Source of the DNA: a virus
Taxonomy: Duplodnaviria; Caudoviricetes
Length of the DNA stretch: 57,231 bases
Virus record (IMG/VR): IMGVR_UViG_3300005512_000040
Span: 1-57,231 of that record
Direction: 5' to 3' (one strand)
Made by a program: the position numbers and the translations under genes. The notes under the pieces were generated by a model. It saw only the letters and a program-made list of their open reading frames with translations, was not told the DNA's origin and ran no database searches. Positions 54,360 to 57,231 of the stretch are shown here, in pieces (within the stretch, counting starts at the first letter, position 1; the number at the start of each line of letters is the position of its first letter).

Positions 54360-55375
54360 GTACGGACAGAAACGGAGACGGGACAGTAGACCTAAGCGGA
54401 CAGCACGTCACAGACGACGTGGCTATGGAGAAGGTTATTGCGGCTCAGGCCAAGGTGAACGCGCTCAAGCGGGAGGTGTCGGCGCTACGGAAGGACCGGG
54501 AGCTGTTGCTCGCTGAGTACACGGACATTCAGAACGCGCGTTCCGTCCCGAAGAATCCGGAATCGGCCCGCACCAAAGCCACAGCAGACAAGGTGCGCGT
54601 ATCGTTCGGCGATATGCACGGCATGCGGATGGACCGTGCCGCTATGGACGCGCTCGTGCGCGACCTGAAAGTACTGGACCCAGACGAGATTGTGCTGGGC
54701 GGCGACATGGCGGAATGCGGCGGCTGGCTGGCAAAGCACCAGCCCATCGGTTTCATCGCCCTGTTGGACTACTCGTATCAGGAAGACGTGGCGGCGACAA
54801 ACTGGGCCTTGGACGCTATCCAGAAGGCCGCGCCAAATGCAACCATAGACTATGCTGAGGGACAGCACGAAGATAGGGTGGAACGGTGGATCGTGGATCA
54901 GGTCACGGCCAACGCCCGCGACGCCGAGTTCCTGCGGTCCCTGTGCTCGCTACAAACGCTGTTGCGGCTGGAGGATCGCGGGATCAAGTATTATCGCCGG
55001 ACGGAAGTGTATGGCGAAGGGTTGCCGCGCGGATGGTTCAAGAAGGACAACATGCACTTTGTGCATGAGCTTGGCACCAGCAAGAACGCTGCACGTGCCG
55101 CCGTATCCGATGCGGCCGGGAATGTGACGTACTTCCATACTCATCGCCGCGACACATCAGTGCGTGTGTTCCCCGGCGTCGGGATGTGCGAGGCCAGCAA
55201 CCCCGGCTGCCTGTGTGTGATGCAGCCTGTGTGGCAGAACAGCAACGTCACCGACTGGTCGCAGGGCTACCAGATTGAGTTCATCAGCAAGGGCGGTAAC
55301 TATCTCGTAGTCCATGTCCCGATCTGGAAGGGAAAATCCCTCGCCGGGGCGATGGTCGAGCGGTTCAAGTCGTAA
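54356..55375 (+). CDS. Metallophosphoesterase with N-terminal coiled coil
   Basis: GDMHG, GGDMAE, EGQHE, FVH, FHTHR, NPGCLC. Confidence 0.85.
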   Translation: MSTDRNGDGTVDLSGQHVTDDVAMEKVIAAQAKVNALKREVSALRKDRELLLAEYTDIQNARSVPKNPESARTKATADKVRVSFGDMHGMRMDRAAMDALVRDLKVLDPDEIVLGGDMAECGGWLAKHQPIGFIALLDYSYQEDVAATNWALDAIQKAAPNATIDYAEGQHEDRVERWIVDQVTANARDAEFLRSLCSLQTLLRLEDRGIKYYRRTEVYGEGLPRGWFKKDNMHFVHELGTSKNAARAAVSDAAGNVTYFHTHRRDTSVRVFPGVGMCEASNPGCLCVMQPVWQNSNVTDWSQGYQIEFISKGGNYLVVHVPIWKGKSLAGAMVERFKS

Positions 55376-55676
55376 TCGCGCCACCCGCTACGAGGACTCT
55401 AGACGCCCCTCACAGGCCCTACAAGGCCCTAGAGGGGCACAGCAAGGGGGAAGACATGGGAACGGACTTCAACGACCTCTGGCGGAGCTTCTGCGAGAAG
55501 AACCCGAAGATCCTCACCGGCGACCCCGTGGCCATCCGGCCCGAGCGGCTGTGTGCCTTCGGGAGGATGTTCTATAACCGTGGGCTACGGCAGGGGCGCA
55601 GGGAGGGGGTACGCCCCCCGGCAGGACAGGGGGACACGGTGGACTGGTTGAGGGGGGCTATGGGGATGGGGGGGGT

Positions 55677-56048
55677 ATGACCGATAAACAGGAAGAAGTT
55701 GCCCACTTCATTCGTCTGATCCGGGGCATCTCCCCGCAGTACCTGCGCTACGCCTGTACGCACGGCGGGTGCTATCGTTTCTGGCTGATCCTGAAGGACC
55801 GCTTCCCGTCGGCGCGCCTATACTTCACCCGCTACGACGGCGGTGGGCATTGCGTTGCGAAGATCGCGGGGATGTTCTGGGACATTTGGGGGGAACACGA
55901 CCCCAAGACGGATGGCGCGGTGCGGCTGCCGAAGGGGAAGCGGGAGGTGGAGAGGATGTCGTCGTGCGTCTTCGACGAGGGGTTTGTGCTGGTGAACCCG
56001 CACGTGATTCGAGAGAACGAAATCAGGAAGCCGCAGGAGGCACAATGA
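55677..56048 (+). CDS. Hypothetical protein
   Basis: GGCYRF..ILK..FP......HCV......WDIWG motif. Confidence 0.65.
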   Translation: MTDKQEEVAHFIRLIRGISPQYLRYACTHGGCYRFWLILKDRFPSARLYFTRYDGGGHCVAKIAGMFWDIWGEHDPKTDGAVRLPKGKREVERMSSCVFDEGFVLVNPHVIRENEIRKPQEAQ

Positions 56049-56250
56049 TAACCTACTGGATAGCGGCCAAGCGTCCCATGTGCAGCAAGACCTGGACCCT
56101 GCACCCCGAAGTGGTGATCTCGCGCACCCGACACACGGCCAGTGACAAACTCTCCCACCTCGTCTCCCCCCCCGGCATAATCTGGGCTCTGGCCGTCTGT
56201 CACGTGCCCGAGAACGGGGAGGACGAGGCCCTGCTGGAGAGGGGGGCGGA

Positions 56251-56466
56251 ATGAAACCACTGCGCGTGACATACGCCTCCGGCATGGTGAACATCGGCAG
56301 CGACGACATCTCCTTCGGCTACATCCCCGGCATGTACACCGGAGGCCGTGCGGGGATGGGGCTACAGATAGACCGACACATAGACCGTGCGGCCTGTGAA
56401 CGGATGTGTGTACGGATCGCGGAGGCTGTGGTGGAGTTTGCGTCAAAGAAGAAGGGGGCAGAATGA
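56251..56466 (+). CDS. Hypothetical protein
   Basis: Translationally coupled ORF. Confidence 0.5.
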   Translation: MKPLRVTYASGMVNIGSDDISFGYIPGMYTGGRAGMGLQIDRHIDRAACERMCVRIAEAVVEFASKKKGAE

Positions 56467-56928
56467 TTTCGGCGGGAAGGCAGCGAGGGCACCACGTCAC
56501 TAAGGCGTACGTGCCGGGTCCGGCGTATTTAGCGCGGCGTAGCGGGGCTCATGCTCCCGTCCGTGCGAGTCGGCGCGGGGGTAGCCCCGTGGAGCATCCG
56601 AGGCTGGGAATACCCGGCTGAGTAGAAGGCAAGAGCATGGCATAAGGTGAGCGACCTGGCCCTTCCCGCCCCTTTTCGAGCAACGCGACATGAGGACAAG
56701 GAGGCAAGGCATGAGGACGAGGATATGTGTACATAGGGCAGCGCGAGTGGACGATACGGACGAGGACATTGAGCACTACCTGACGTGCGGTCAGATCCCG
56801 CGTTTCGGCTTCTGCTGGTGGTTCTGGATACCGTATATCAAGGCAGCCCGTATGGGCGGGGACGGGTTCGACGTGACGGTGTTCTGGCTGTGTTGGTTCG
56901 TGTCCGTCTACAGGGAGGGAAGCGGGCG

Positions 56929-57177
56929 ATGAGAAACGCACTCTCATGGGCGGCCATCTGGCTGGTGGTACTGGTTCTCGGCTTCGGGATGTGGAAGTTC
57001 CAGCGGTGGGCGCACTGGCGGTTCTTCTACAGCGGCAAGGTGGAGGGCAGGATCGAGGCCCTTGAGGCCCGCGTGGGGGCACTGGAGGCCGCGCCACCCG
57101 TCACTAGGCAATATCCCCCCCCTACAAGCCCCCTCACACCCCCTACAGGCCCCTATCCCCACGCAGGGTATAGGTAG
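56929..57177 (+). CDS. Small TM + coiled-coil protein
   Basis: Hydrophobic N-terminus; RIEALEARVGALE. Confidence 0.5.
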   Translation: MRNALSWAAIWLVVLVLGFGMWKFQRWAHWRFFYSGKVEGRIEALEARVGALEAAPPVTRQYPPPTSPLTPPTGPYPHAGYR

Positions 57178-57231
57178 GGGTGGGTAGAGGCCGGGGAAGG
57201 CCCTGGGGGGGGCGACCGGGGGACGCGGCCC

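Overview
A near-complete tailed-phage (podovirus-like, probably temperate) genome. Modules: replication (HNH, DUF1376-like, primase-helicase), tyrosine integrase and RadC, a skewed non-coding region near 11-12 kb, packaging and structural genes (TerL, portal, scaffold, MCP, tail and ejection proteins, LamG protein), an initiator tRNA-Met, two glycan-modifying enzymes, and early recombination and nucleotide-metabolism genes. The main unexplained structure is a set of five integron-like gene-cassette arrays in the early operons (about 1-0.7, 5.1-7.6, 42.2-43.9, 45.0-46.35 and 49.5-52.5 kb). They contain 26 bulged attC-like hairpins and 2 unbulged terminal sites. In 23 of 25 cassettes the two flanking 7-bp cores are perfect reverse complements (one mismatch in the other 2), and one cassette is duplicated exactly between crossover points. 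Unlike ordinary integrons, the genes run antisense to attC polarity. The hairpins often supply the RBS, start and stop codons, with the core AAC read as Asn. No IntI is encoded in the window. All calls are by eye; no database searches were run.
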